A DNA stretch of 64,000 bases from Isurus oxyrinchus (taxonomy: Eukaryota). This document shows positions 13,869-27,769 of this stretch, one piece after another. The notes under the pieces are model-generated. The model saw only the letters and a program-made list of their open reading frames with translations. It did no database searches and had not been told where the DNA came from. The translations under genes and the position numbers were made by a program. How positions within the stretch are numbered: position 1 is the stretch's first letter; every line of letters starts with the position of its first letter. The DNA lies in assembly GCA_026770705.1 (NCBI GenBank), contig JANJGN010000014.1, forward strand, positions 24,862,001 to 24,926,000. Direction: 5' to 3'.

Positions 13869-14727
13869 CTAAAAGTGAAATTACAATCCAAATGTAAGAA
13901 TAACTGCTGTATTTTGCTTCATAGGCATCATACACATAAATATTAGCACCCATTAAATCACCTACAACAAACAGCACCACCCACTGACTACCTCCGGATT
14001 AAAAAACTCCTTCAGCTGTTTATAGTCACCTTTGCTCTCAATGGACTCCTTTATGCAAGTTGCCTACTTTACATCATGACTGGTGTAACGTGGTAGCATT
14101 AACAACAATTTTCCCCAACACTAAACATAAAACTATCCTGATCAATTTCAAAGATCCTGAATTGCTGTCACTGTGTTTGTGAATATCATCCAGAAATTAA
14201 TATTTAATGATGGTGTGATTCAAATACATTACAGCTATAGCAGGGTGAATGGCTAAATTTTATATCTATTCCTTTGTATAATCATCAGCTTAATTAGTAG
14301 TAACAGTTAGACTGTAGCGGTTGTTACCTACAATGAGTCCCAGTTCATTTTAATGTTCCTGAATCATTGCTGCCACCTTTGGGAATTTGTTTTACAAACT
14401 AACACTTCATAACAGAGTGATTCAGATGCATAACAACAAGTGCTGCCGGGAAATGGACAGGGGAGTGTGGAAGATGACTCTGAACAACTGTTTGACCCGC
14501 TTGAAATATCTGGTCTACTTAATACCGTTTAAGTGGAACCCTTATAACTGATGTCTATGCTGATGGCAAATGGTCAGTCAATTTTGGTTTGTCAAACATA
14601 TTGGCAGGCATGCTGCATATACAGGGATAGGATAAGTGGTAGGGTCTGTAAGTCAATGGTTAAGAAAGCAGAGAGATAACTATCCTTTCTGAAAGGTGAG
14701 AATATCAATGGTGTCTGTACTGAGTAA

Positions 14728-16980
14728 GACCATAAGACCATTAGACATAGGAGCAGAGATTAGGCCATTCGGCCCATCGAGTCTTCTCTGCCATTCAATC
14801 ATGGCTGATAAGTTTTTCAACCTCAATCTCCCGCCTTCTCCCCTTAACCTTTGATCCCCTTACCAATCAAGAACCTATCTATCTCGGTCTTAAATACACT
14901 CAATAACCTGGCCTCCACAGCCTTCTGTGGCAATGAATTCCATAGATTCACCACTCTCTGGCTAAACAGGTTTCTCCTCATCTCGGTTCTAAAAGGTCTT
15001 CCCTTTACTCTGAGGCTGTGTCCTTGGGTCCTAGTCTCTCCTACTAATGGAAACATCTTCCCCATGTCCACTCTATCCAGGCTTTTCAGTATTCTTTAAG
15101 TTTCAATCAGATCCCCCCCTCATCCTTCTAAACTCCATCGAGTATAGACCCAGAATCCTCAAATGTTCCTCATATGTTAAGCCTTTCATTCCTGGGATCG
15201 TTCTCATGAACCTCCTCTGGACCCTCTCCAGGGCCAGCAGATCCTTCCTGAGATACGGGGCCCAAAATTGCACACAATATTCTAAATGTGGTCTGGCCAG
15301 AGCCTTAAAATGCCTCAGCAGCACATCCCTGCTTGTATATTCTAGTCCTCTCGAAATAAATGCCAACATTGCATTTACCTTCCTAACTACCAACTCAACC
15401 TGCAAGTTAACCTTAAGAGAATCCTGGACTAGGACTCCCAAGTCCCCTTACACTCCAGATTTTTGAATTCTCTCCCCATTGAGAAAATAGTCTATGCCTC
15501 TATTCTTCCTACCAAAGTGCACGACCTCACACTTCCCCACGTTATATTCCATCTATCACTTCTTTGCCCATTCTCCTAACCTGTCTAAATCCTTCTGCAG
15601 CCTCCCCACCTCCTCAATACTACCTGTCCCTCCACCTATCTTTGTATCATCTGCAAATTTAGCCGGATGCCCTCAGTTCCTTCATCTAGATTATTAATGA
15701 ATAAAGTGAAAAGTTGTGGACCAAAACTGACCCCTGTGGAACTCCACTAGTCACTGGCTACCATCGTGAGAAGGACTCCCTTATCCCCACTCTCTGCCTC
15801 CTACCAGACAGCCTGTTCCCTTGTGGGCTCCACCACAAGCTGCTCCAAAAAGCCATCTCATAGACATTCTACAAATTCCTTTTCTTGGGATCCACTACCA
15901 ACCTGATTTTCCCAGTCTACCTGCATATTGAAATCCCCCATGATCACTGTAACCTTGCCCTTCTTACACGCCTTTTCTATCTCCTGCCCCACATCCTGAC
16001 TACTGTTCAGAGGCCTGTACATAACTCCCATTATGTATTTTTACCTTTGCGGTTCCTCAACTCTACCCACACAGATTCTACATCATCTGACCCTACGTCA
16101 TTTCTTGTTATCGATTTAATTTCATTTCTTACTATCACAACAACCCCACCCCCTCTGCCAACCTGCCTATCTTTTCAATAGGATGTATATCCTTGGATAT
16201 TTAACTCGCAGTCCTGATCCCCTTGCAGCCATGTCTCCGTGATGCCCACCACATCATAACTGCCAGTTTCAATTTGCGCCACAAGCTCGTTTACCTTATT
16301 TCGTATACTGCGTCCATTCAGATACAACACCTTCAGTCCTGTATTTCCCGTCCCCTTTCTCAATGTCGTCCCTTTATCTGATGTGCTTGAAGTTAGATTC
16401 CTAGCCCTTTCCAAACACTTTTTGGGTTCTGGGGACTTTAATAGCCTCTCCTGGGCTCTCCTTTCTTTTCAGTTTTTTCATAATTTTCCATGAAGTTGAA
16501 TCCATCCCCCCACACACTAACCTGCTGCTTTGTTTCCCATTAGTCATACTTCTTGGAGTTTTACCCTTCTCTCCTCCACCACTTTCTAGTTTAAAGTCCT
16601 GTTGACCACCCTATTTACCCTTTTCGCTAGAACATTGGTCCCAGATCGGTTCAGGTGGAGACCAGCCCAACGGTACAAATCCCTCCTGTTCCAATACTGA
16701 TGCCAGTCCCCCATGAACTGGAACCCCTCTTTCCCGCACCACTCCTTTAGCCACGTGTTTACTTCCCTTATTCTCGCGTCCCTATGCCAATTTGCACGTG
16801 GCTCGGGTAGTAACCCGGAGATTATAACCCTTGAGGACCTGTTCTTTAATTTAGTTCCTAGTTCCTGATAATCCCCAAACAGGTCCTCTTTCCTAGTCTT
16901 ACCTATGTTATTTGTTCTGACGTGGACCACAACAACTCCCCCTCCCTCTCCAATATCTTTTCAAGCTGGTCAGAAATGTC
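14728..16980 (-). mobile_element. CR1 LINE with large internal deletions (ORF1 esterase end, EN start, RT end, 3' tail)
   Basis: SGNH-like VHVxTNNIG...GLHLN; LYLNGRSIRNK...GITETWL; LEYCVQFWAP. Confidence 0.88.
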
Positions 16981-17027
16981 CCTTCACAATAGATTTATCA
17001 CAAAATTTGACAAACAAATTCCTGTAC

Positions 17028-17096
17028 CAAAGGAGCTGCTGGTAGAAATTTTGAACTCTCATTTGATGAGCTGTCGCCTTCCTCTTCTGGAGCAAC
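17028..17096 (-). CDS. MCM3AP: MCM3AP exon (LLQKRKATAHQMRVQNFYQQLL)
   Basis: Hand-translated; TAHQMxVQxFYQQLL motif. Confidence 0.92.
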
Positions 17097-18751
17097 CTGC
17101 AACACAATGGAAAGAAACAAACATCTGTAACACGTCTTTATGTATTTTCTCATCTCAGCATACCAAGTTGTACTGTTTCAGGTCCAACATTAGAGTCTGC
17201 TCATTAGCAGGCATGGAGAGATTACAGAAACCACCACACAAAGGAAGTCTTCAGCATATCTAGAAGATGGTTTCAGGAGGTCAAAGTAACAATTGTTACT
17301 ATTTCTGTCTCCCACTGTTGCACCTCAATGCTGTCCTCTAGACTCAAAAATTAAATACACCAATCAAAGTAGCTGAAGGCAAGTGTCTGTCAGGTGTAAA
17401 ATTCCAGTTGAAGTACTGAGAACAGTACTCCAGTGGCTAGGATGCTACTTAGTGTGTCAAAATAAAATCCACATCTTAATTTCAAAAAATGTCCTGCAAC
17501 TATTTGCTGCAAACAAAAACTCTAAATATGACCTTGATATCTTGCCACAGACTGCTCCTGCACCAAGGCTAATGTTAAACTTGTCACTCTGACAAGGAAG
17601 TATGGGTAAAACCCACTTCTGTAATCAAGTAACTAACACTACCTTAGTCCAAAAAAACATTCATTAATGGATCATGGGACTGGGTGGGAAATGGCAAGAA
17701 ATAATGTTGGCTACGTTGTAAAGGATAGATGGTATGAGAGAACTCAAACGGACAAGAGAAATTAACAAAATTAAATTGATCAATTAGCATCTGAAAAAAA
17801 AAGTTTGGTTAGTGTTTTGAATGGGACTTCATCAGGAGCAAAATAAAAGGATGCACCATGGGAACAAAACAGGAAGGGGTAAGTAATAACCAGAACAGAA
17901 AAAAAATGACAGATGAGGTAATCAAAGGTCAGAGTGTGATTCTCAGCATAACCTTTCTTACAAAGTAAATACAACTTTATGGCATTATTGCTCAGTGGGA
18001 GGACAGGGCAATTTAGAAGAGTGGGACAATATATCAATTGGTGAAGTATGCATTTTATGCTGGTACAGTGGAGGTTTAATACTCTCAGGCTGGAAAGTTA
18101 GTACTGTACTTTCGTTACAGTGCTCCAACTGTTGTGTCATTTCCTCAAAGTCTTTGTTCAATGTCTTCTTTGTTGTAAGTTACATCCTTTTGTTTTTTTT
18201 TAAAACAAAACAATCATTTGGGATATTGTTTCAGCTGCTGCCATAATGAGCCTCACTGGAGGGCGGGGGTGGGGGCAAAGTGGTGCAGAGAAGCACAAGC
18301 AGTGATGACGAGAGAGAAATGGAGGTAGACAAGGAGGGAGGAGCCAGGGAAGGCAAGGGGTTTCAATTAAGAAGACCAGTTAGTTAAAAAAATTTGAGCT
18401 GAAATTATTGCTTCCAAGAATCTGAAACAAATTGCTGAAGTATATTTTGCACTTCTGTGCATTGTTAAAGGTGCTAAATGTAAGAGCCAGTAATAAATCC
18501 AATATATCTTTCAGGAAAAACGTCTTTAACCAAAGAGAGTGGTTACATTGTGGAACTTCCTCCAACAGGGAGTAATTGAGGCAAATAGCATAGATGCATT
18601 TAAAGAAAAACCTAGATAAGCAGGATGCAAAGGATATATTGATAGAGTTAGATGAAGAGGGTTGGGAGGAGGTTTGTGTTGAGTGTAAACACTGACATGG
18701 ACCAGTTGCAAATATATATATATAAATGATATCCATATAACCGTATAGTAC

Positions 18752-18907
18752 CGTATACATGAGATGCTGAGGTTGTCATCTGTGGGCAGATCTGGGTTCA
18801 CCACTTGGGGACTCAGTTTGCAGTCAGGGCCTGCCCAGCCTGGAGCTGCTGGGAATGTCCACATTTGTTTTCTCAGGCGTTTCCGAGCCTCCGCAGTAGC
18901 TCTCCAT
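18752..18907 (-). CDS. MCM3AP: MCM3AP exon (WRATAEARKRLRKQMWTFPAAP...ISCIR)
   Basis: WR..ARKxLRxQMxxFPAAP motif; donor position chosen by phase. Confidence 0.88.
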
Positions 18908-19075
18908 CTAGCAGAATGTTTGGAAATTAAGAGTTAAAAAGTCATTTAAGGATACATAAATGAAAAATACACGCATGAATTTTTTTTACTCTTAATAATG
19001 CAAGTCTTTCTTTTTTTCTTTTTCTTCCCACTTGCCGTTAACAATTCTAAAGAATGACATTTTCCTTTCACTTAC

Positions 19076-19228
19076 TTCTTTAAGTATTTGCAGAAACAAT
19101 GAACTTCCTGCAGCGTCTCCTTCACTGCCTGAAAGATCTCACTTTCCAACGTTTCTTTGATGAGGTAGTTGCAGAACTCCGTGGAGCAGCGGTTAATCCG
19201 TGCTCGCCTATCCTCCTCCACTGCAAGC
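19076..19228 (-). CDS. MCM3AP: MCM3AP exon (LAVEEDRRARINRC...EIFQAVKETLQEVHCFCKYLK)
   Basis: CID region (ENY2/centrin binding); TAG acceptor, GTAAGT donor. Confidence 0.94.
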
Positions 19229-20372
19229 CTACAAGGAACAAAGTGAAGGGCTGAGTACAACTATCTCTTTAATCGCATTAACTAATGGAATTTAGGAGGA
19301 CAATCCTTGTTTACTCAGCAACATCCTGCCCTTTCCCAGAAATTGATCGTAATTTTGCAGATACAAAGCCTCTGAAACTTGAAAAGTGCCACCCTGTGTT
19401 CTTGAAAACATCGATGGCTTAGAAACTTGTAATGATAGGTTGCTGATCGGAGCATACTCAAACTGTCTCTTTATCTGATCTAAAACTACCAATTACTGAA
19501 TAGCCATTTACAGTCTTTGAGGCCCTGGGAGTTTAAAACCTGAAATAGACAAGTCTGAATCACCTGAGCACATAATGGAGAAGGAAGAAAGTCATATTAC
19601 ATGTTCACAGGCTGGGTTCAGACTACAGGCCATGTCTTGGGACAGCCTTGCTGGAGAGGAAAGAGTAGATTTGGAACTGGCAGACAAGATATGACAAAAA
19701 GTAGTATAGACGGATTGGGATCCGTTTGGAAACTGGTCACAAGAATCAGTGTTGAGGCCATTGCTATTTCCTATTTTTATCAATGATCCAGATGCAATTG
19801 AGGGCATGATCTTCAAAGATCATGCTCGTGTAAGAAACGTAGATGATGCCAAATGGCTTCAGACAAATCTTAATGTGTTGGGATGTTGGGCTCATGATTG
19901 GCAAATGATCCTCATGATGATTCTCATCCACACAGGTAGAAAATACCTTGTAACTGTTGGTCAAAAACAAGGGCTCAAGCTCCTCCATCAATATATCCTA
20001 AAATAACCCCAAAGAACCACCCAAATCCATTTCACATGTGGCACCTGAGTCAATAAAGGGATTCTTAACACCCATTCAGTCTCAGTTCAAATGGCATAAA
20101 GCTCTCACAGGTCAACTGTTGTTTGAAATGAATTTGAAAGGTCTTGGGAAATAAGACATTGTTGAAATGCGCAGTGCTGACACACAGTGTTAAGATTTTT
20201 CCCCACTTCATGGTATTGCCTGTCCATCAACAAACCAATGTGGTTCTGCCAGTCAAGCTAACTCTACAAGCCCCCAACCTCAATTATAGTCCTGTGCCTC
20301 AGTCCAAAAGCTGATCCATACACAAATAGCACAATTCCTTCCTTCCATGGCTTCAAAAAACTGCTGTGTTAC

Positions 20373-20486
20373 CTTAACTCCTGAATGGCACATTTTCTTA
20401 CAGAGTAATCCACAACTTGCTCTGTAAGTTCATCACATAGGGCCTGACTGTAGCGGCTCTTCCACAACTCCCGTTCCTGCTTCAAT
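20373..20486 (-). CDS. MCM3AP: MCM3AP exon (LKQERELWKSRYSQALCDELTEQVVDYSVRKCAIQELR)
   Basis: Hand-translated; LKQEREL motif; phase 2/2. Confidence 0.9.
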
Positions 20487-21013
20487 CTGCAATACAAAAA
20501 ACATTCGGAGATTGCTCTTGTATGATTTATAAGTGTCAGGATTTATCTGTTCCAGACAACAAAACTGAACACTTGGAAAATCCAGATTACGGGAACTGAT
20601 GTCAACAGGTTTGCCCTGTTGCACCTTTTGCACCTGAGCACAAATGAGAGACAATAACTTGCATTTGTATTGCACCTTTAAAAATGTGGCAAGTTCCAAA
20701 GCATTTCACAAAGTTTTATCAAACACAATTTGACACGAAGCCACATATGGGTATTAGGAGAGGACAGGTGAGTAAATCATTGGTCAAAAAGCTAGGTTTT
20801 AAGGAGTGTCTTTAAGGCAGAAAGAGGTAAAAAAAGCAGAGAGATTTAGGGAGAGAATTCCAGAGCTTAGGGCCTAGGCAGCTAGTGGTATGTCAATGGT
20901 GAAGCAAAAAAAATCAGGAAGGTGCAAGAGGCCAGAATTGGAATAATACAGAGATCTAGGAGTGATCGAGAGTTGGAGGAAGTTACAGAGAAAGGGAGAG
21001 TGTCACTACTTAC

Positions 21014-21145
21014 CTGGCCTGTTCAATTCTGCGCTTTTCATCTTCAATCCTCTGTCTCTCTGCCTGAAATTCCTCAGATGAAGTTTGCGTTAGTATTTCT
21101 GTGGTGACTTCTGCAATTAGTTCCTCGGTCGACATGTTTGACAAA
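21014..21145 (-). CDS. MCM3AP: MCM3AP exon (LSNMSTEELIAEVTTEIL...RRIEQAR)
   Basis: Helical region preceding/within the CID; TAG acceptor, GTAAGT donor. Confidence 0.9.
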
Positions 21146-22379
21146 CTAGCAAAATACAAAATGATGTCACCCATGGCAAAGTTCAGTGGACTTTTAAAAG
21201 CCAATCATACATCGAATTACATAATTATACAGCACAGAAACAGGCCATTTGACCCAACCAGACCAAGCCAGCGTTTATTCTCCACTCGAGCCTTCTCCCA
21301 TGCTTCCTCATCTATCAGCTTAACCTTCTATTCCCTTCTCCTCATATGCTTATCTCGCTTTCCCTTAAATGCATCTGTATTTTTCACCTACCATTGCAGT
21401 AGTGAGTTCCACATTCCCACCACTCTCTGCGTTTCTTCAGAGTTCCCTACTTGATTTCTTGGTGACTATTTTATTTAATGGCATCTAATTTTGCTCTTCC
21501 CCACAAGTGAAAGCACCCTCTCTTTTTGTCTACTCTGTTAAATCCTTTCATAACGTTCAAGACCTCCATAAAATCTTCTATTATGTTCAAGACCTCTATT
21601 GGGTCACCCCTAAGCCATCTCTTTTTAAGAGAACAAAAAACACCCTGCCTGTTCATGCTTTCCTAATAGTAACAATCTGTCCTGGTAACATCCATGCAAA
21701 TCTCTTTTTTTGCACCCCTGCCCATGTCGCTATATCCTTTTTATAATATGATGACCAGAGCTGCACACAGTATTAAGTGTAATAGCTCACATTTAGTTTA
21801 GCGCAACTTCTCCATTTTTCAATTTGATCCCTCCTGAGTGCTCAGTTTGCTTTCTTATGGTCTTATTGACTTATGTTGCAACTTTTAGTGATTTATGTAT
21901 TTGTATTCCAAGATTCCTTATTTTTAAGTAATACTGCATTATTTTTCTTACCAAAAGATAATACCTCATAATTAGCTTGTTTCAATAACTTTTCTGGTGT
22001 TGCTCGAGACATGTTGATCCAGGAGAATGGGATACTGTTCGTTTCACACATGTGTCAACACCAACCATTGCAATGTCAGCTATAAATGATTTGGTGCAAA
22101 GTGAGGCTCCTACTAATGTGAAAAAACAACCTTAGATTATAACCCCAATCATTTTCCATTCCCCCAACGCCAGCTGTCCTATGGCCTCTGAGTAAAAGTA
22201 CTGCCAATTAGAGACAGTTCTGCATGAGCAGTTGCAGGTAAGACTGTGCCAACTATTTCAGGCAGGACCTTTAAATCGAGGAAAAATGTGACACTACTGT
22301 CACAGGCGGGAACAGCTTCACAGACATTAAAGTTGGCCAGCTTTGAGACTGTAGTGCTGTTGAGATATCTTTATAATTT

Positions 22380-25300
22380 CATAGAAACATAGAAACAAGG
22401 AGCAGGAGTAGGCCATTCGGTCCTGCTCCACCATTCATTATGATCATGGCTGATCATCCAACTCAATAGCCTGCTCCCGCTTTCTCCCCATACCCTTTGA
22501 TCCCTTTTGCCCCAAGAGCTATATCTAACTCCTTCTTGAAAACATACAATGTTTTGGTCTCAACTACTTTCTATGGTAACAAATTCCACAGGCTCACCAC
22601 TCTCTGGGTGAAGAAATTTCTCCTCATCTCAGTCCTAAATGATCTACCCTGTATCCTCAGACTGTGACCCCTGGTTCTGGACTCCTCCACCAGCGGGAAC
22701 ATCCTTCCTGCATCTACCCTGTCTAGACCTGTTACAATTGAATAGGTTTTTTTGAGATCCCCCCTCATTCTTCTGAACTCCAGCGAGTATAATCCTAATC
22801 GACTCAATCTCTCCTCATATGTCAGTCCCGCCATCCCAGGAATCAGTTGGGTAAACATTCGCTGCACTCCCTCTATATCAAGTACATCCTTCCTCAGATA
22901 AGGAGACCAAAACTGCACACAATATTTCAGGTGTGGTCTCACCAAGGCCCTGAACAATTGCAGCAAGACATCCCTGTTCCTGTACTCAAATCCTCTGGCT
23001 ATGAAGGCCAACATATCATTTGCCTTCTTTACCGCCTGCTGCACCTGCATGCTTATCTTCAGCAACTGGTGTACAAGGACACCCAGGTCTCGTTGTATAT
23101 TTTCCTCTCTCAATTTATAGCCATTCAGATAATAATCTGCCTTCCTCTTTTTGCTACCAAAATGGATAACCTCACATTTATCCACATTATACTGCATCTG
23201 CCATGCCTTTGCCCACTCACTCAGCTTGTCCAAATCACACTGAAGCATCTCTGCATCCTCCTCACAGCTCACCATCCCACCCAGCTTTGTGTCATCTGCA
23301 AATTTGGAGATATTACATTTAATTCCCTCATCTAAATCATTAATATATATTGTGAATAATTGGGGTCCCAGCACGGATCCCTGTGGTACCCCACTAGTCA
23401 TTGCCTGCCTTTCAGAAAAAGACCTGTTTATTCCTACTTTGTTTCCTGTCTGCCAACCAGGTTTCTATCAATACACTACCCCCAATCCCATGCGCTTTAA
23501 TGTTACACGCCAATCTCTTATGTGGGACTTTGTCGAAAGCCTTCTGAAAGTCCAAATAAACCACATCCACTGGCTCCCCCTCATCAACTCTACTAGTTAC
23601 ATCCTCGAAAAATTCCAGTACATTTGTTAGGCACGATTTGCCTTTCATAAATCCATGCTGACTCTGTCCGATTCTGCCACTGTTTTCCAAGTACTCAGCT
23701 ATTAAATCGTTTATAATGGACTCTAGAATTTTCCCCACTACCGACATCAGGCTGACTGGTCTATAATTCTGTTTTCTCTTTGCCTCCCTTTTTAAATAGT
23801 GGGGTTACATTAGCTACCCTCCAATCTGTAGGAACTGTTACAGTGTCTACAGAATCTCAGAAGGTGACCACCAATGCATCCACTATTTCTAGGGCCACTT
23901 CCTTAAGTACTCTGGGATGTAGATTATCAGGCCCTGGGGATTTATCAGCTTTCAATCCCATCAATTTCCCCAACAGGATTTCCCGACTAATACTGATTTC
24001 TTTCAGTTCCTCCCTCTCACTAAACCCTGTGTTCTCCAACATTTCTGGTATGTTATTAGTGTCCTCCTTTGTGAAGACAGAACCAAAGTATGTATTTAGT
24101 TGGTCAGCCAATTCTTTGTTCCCCATTATAAATTCCCCTGTTTCTGACTGTAAGGGACCTACATTTGTCTTCACCAATCTTTTTCTCTTCACAGAGAAAC
24201 TTTTACAGTCAGTTTTTATGTTCCCTGCAAGCTTACTCTTGTACTCTATTTTCTCCTTCTTAATCAATCCCTTGGTCCTTCTTTGCTGAATTCTAAACTG
24301 CTCCCAATCCTCAGGTCTGTTGTTTTTTCTGGTCAATTTTTATGCCTCTTCCTTACATCTAATACTACCTCTAATTTCCCTTTTAAGTCATGGTTTGGCC
24401 ACCTTTCCTGTTTTACTTTTGCGCCAGACAGGAATAAACAATTGTTGCAGTTCACCCATGCACTCTTTGAATGTTTGCCATTGCTTATCCACCGTCATCC
24501 CTTTAAGTAACATTTCCCAATCCATCATAGCCAACTCACGCCTCATACCATTGTAGTTTCCTTTATTAAGGTTCAGGATCCAAGTCTCAGAATCAACTAC
24601 ATCACTCTCCATCTTGATGAAGAATTCTATCAAATTATGGTTGCTCATCCCCAAGGGGCATCACACAACTAGATTGCCAATTATTCCTTTCTCATTACAC
24701 AATACCCAGACAAGGATGGCCTGTCCTCTCGTTCGTTCCTCAATGTATTAGTCCAGAAAAACATCCCGTATACACTCCAGGAATTCCTCCTCTACGGCAT
24801 TGTTACTAATTTGATTTGCCCAATCTATATGCAGATTAAAGTCACCCATAATAATGGATGTTCCTTTATTACATGCGCCTCTAATTTCCTGTTTAATGCC
24901 ATTCCCAACATCACCATTACAGTTTTGGGGTCTATATACAACCCCCACTAACGTTTTTTGCCCCTTAGTGTTTCTCAGCTCTACCCTTACAGATTCCACA
25001 TTGTCAGAGCTAATATCTTTCCTCACTATTGCATTAATTTCCTCTTTAACCAGCAATGCAACTTCACCGCCATTTCCTTTTTGTCTGTCCTTCCTAAATA
25101 CTGAATACCCCTGGATGTTCAGATCCCATCCCTGGTCACCCTGCAGCCATGTCTCCATAATCCCGGCTATATCATACCCGTTTACATCTATTTGCGTGGT
25201 TAATTCATCCGCTTTATTGCGAATGCTCCTTGCGTTAAGGTACAAAGCCTTAAGGCTTGTCTTTTTAACATTACTTATCCCATTCCCACTATTTTTCACT

Positions 25301-27110
25301 GAGGCCCTGTTTGATTCTTGCCCTTGATTTCTCTGCCTATCACTTTTCTCATTCCACTTTGTCTTTTGTTCTTGTCTTTGATTCCACCTTCCTCTGACTC
25401 CTTGCATAGGTTCCCATCCCCCTGCCATTTTCATTTAAACCCTCCCCAACCACTCCAGCAAATGTTCCCCCAAGGACATCGGTCCTGGTCCTGCCCAAGT
25501 GTAACCCGTCCAGTTTGTACTGGTCCCATCTCCCCCAGAACCAGTCCCAATGCCCCAGGAATCTGAAACCCTCCCCCTCACATCATCTCTTCAGCCACAT
25601 ATTCATCCGATATATCCTGCTATTTCTACTCCGTCTGGTACGTGGCACTGGCAGTAATCCTGAGATCCTTTGAGGTCCTACTTTTCAACTTACTACTAAC
25701 TCCCTATATTCTGCTTTTAGGACCTCATCCCTTTTTTCACTTATGTCGTTTGTACCAATGTGTACCACAACCACTGGCTGTTCCCCCTTCCCCTCCCCCT
25801 TCAGAATGTCCTCTAGCTGCTCTGAGACATCCTTGACCCTAGCACCAGGGAGGCAACATATCATCCTGGAGTCTCGTTTGCAACCACAGAAACGCCTATC
25901 TATTCCCCTTACAATTGAATCCCCTATAACTATTGCATTCCCACACTTACTCCCCCCCTGTGCAGCAGAGCCAACCGTGGTGCAACGAATTTGGCTGTTG
26001 CTGCTTTCTCCTGAGAGGCCATTCCCCCCAATGATATCCAAAGCAGTTTATCTGTTTTGCACTGCCTGCCTAGTCCTCTTGCTTTGCCTGGTGGTCACCC
26101 ATTCCCTTCCTGCCTGTGGACGCTTAGCCTGCGGTGTGATCACCTCAATATACCTGCTATCCACGATACTCTCTGCCTCGCGGATGCTCCAGTGTCCCCA
26201 GCCGCCACTCCAGGTCCAAAACCCAGGCTTCCAGGAGCTGCAGCTAGAGACACTTCCCACACACATGCTGGCCCCGGGCACTGGAAATGTGCCCGGCTTC
26301 CCACATAGAGCAGGAGGAGCACACCATGGCTTTGAGCTCTCCTGCCATGACTTATCCCTTTAAATTAAATTAAATCTTTTGGAAGATACTTAATATCAAT
26401 TACTCTTGGGCGCTTCTTCCCTGCTCCTCATTGTTACAGAATATAGACCCTACAAACGATGAACCACAAAATACGACCTTAAAAACTATAAGCAATAAAA
26501 GTAATAAATGCTTTCCTGGCCATACTCATGATACTCAAAGGATCACCTCATTCCCTCCTCACTCAACTTCCCTCAGTCACCCCTGCTCTCCCAGCTTCTC
26601 TTCAACCCCCGGCTCCTCTCCCGCTTCTCTTCAACTCCCGGCTCCTCTCGCGCTTCTCTTCAACTCCCGGCTCCTCTTCAACTTCCCGGCTCCTCTCCCG
26701 CTTCTCTTCAACTCCCGGCTCCTCTCCCGCTTCTCTTCAACTCCCGGCTCCTCTCCCGCTTCTCTTCAACTCCCGGCTCCTCTCCCGCTTCTCTTCAACT
26801 CCCGGCTCCTCTCCCGCTTCTCTTCAACTCCCGGCTCCTCTCCCGCTTCTCTTCAACTCCCGGCTCCTCTCCCGCTTCTCTTCAACTCCCGGCTCCTCTC
26901 CCGCTTCTCTTCAACTCCCGGCTCCTCTCCCGCTTCTCTTCAACTCCCGGCTCCTCTCCCGCTTCTCTTCAACTCCCGGCTCCTCTCCCGCTTCTCTTCA
27001 ACTCCCGGCTCCTCTCCCGCTTCTCTTCAACTCCCGGCTCCTCTCCCGCTTCTCTTCAACTCCCGGCTCCTCTCCCGCTTCTCTTCAACTCCCGGCTCCT
27101 CTCCCGCTCC
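22380..27110 (-). mobile_element. Near full-length CR1 LINE (5' tandem array, ORF1 Zn-finger + SGNH esterase, ORF2 APE + RT), frameshifted
   Basis: ORF1 MAGELKAMVCSSCSMWE (ATG ~26348), IVIGDSIVR; ORF2 LYLNARSIRNK, MGDFN, SGVPQGSVLGP, KFADDTK; (tttctatg) tail at ~22380. Confidence 0.92.
26586..27108. repeat. 29-bp minisatellite (CTCCCGGCTCCTCTCCCGCTTCTCTTCAA), about 18 units
   Basis: Directly visible near-perfect tandem array. Confidence 0.95.
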
Positions 27111-27769
27111 TTTTCAATTCCTGACTCCTCTAGGTGCTGCTGACTACCTGTCCCAGAGTTCTCCTCTCGCTCTCTCCTATCTTGCTTTCCTCCATTTTCC
27201 TTTCACATCCTAGTCTTAATTAATATAATGTCTCAGTCTGCAATGCTGGAAGAGTTGGGAGAGGGTGAACATTCTTCAATGCCACCTGCCAGCCAGCAAA
27301 TAGCATACTTGAAATAGATGAAGGAACAGTCTCTCTCCAATGTGACTTTCTCCTTGCTGCTTGGTGTCTGTCTACAACAGCACATTCAAAGTTCGGTTGG
27401 GGGGGGGGGGGGGTGGAAACCCTACTGATCAAAGTTTCTTTGTATTGTGCATGGTCCATTCCTTAAAGGTAACATTACCTTTAAATTCTCTGCATGGCCA
27501 TGCTATTTTAAAAGGAGAAAATTGTGCATGGCCTGCACAGTGATTTACAGGTTGCTGCACAGCCATGCAGCTGTGAAGGAATACTGCTGCTGACCAAATG
27601 TTTTATGCCACAAAGCTGGCCAAACATTTAAAACATCTAATTTAATGACATTTTTATAATTTAAAAAAATTACTCCCACACTGGAACTCTCAAGCACTAA
27701 TTAAAAGTTCCCATTAATTTTGGACAACCCGAGTATCTTATTACCTAAAACCCAATACTGAACATTGGA

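Noticed and set aside
26586-27108. CRISPR-like array
   Set aside because: Units are contiguous with no unique spacers, and the context is eukaryotic.
26431-27213. 260-aa and 198-aa repetitive ORFs
   Set aside because: Artefacts of translating the stop-free 29-bp minisatellite.
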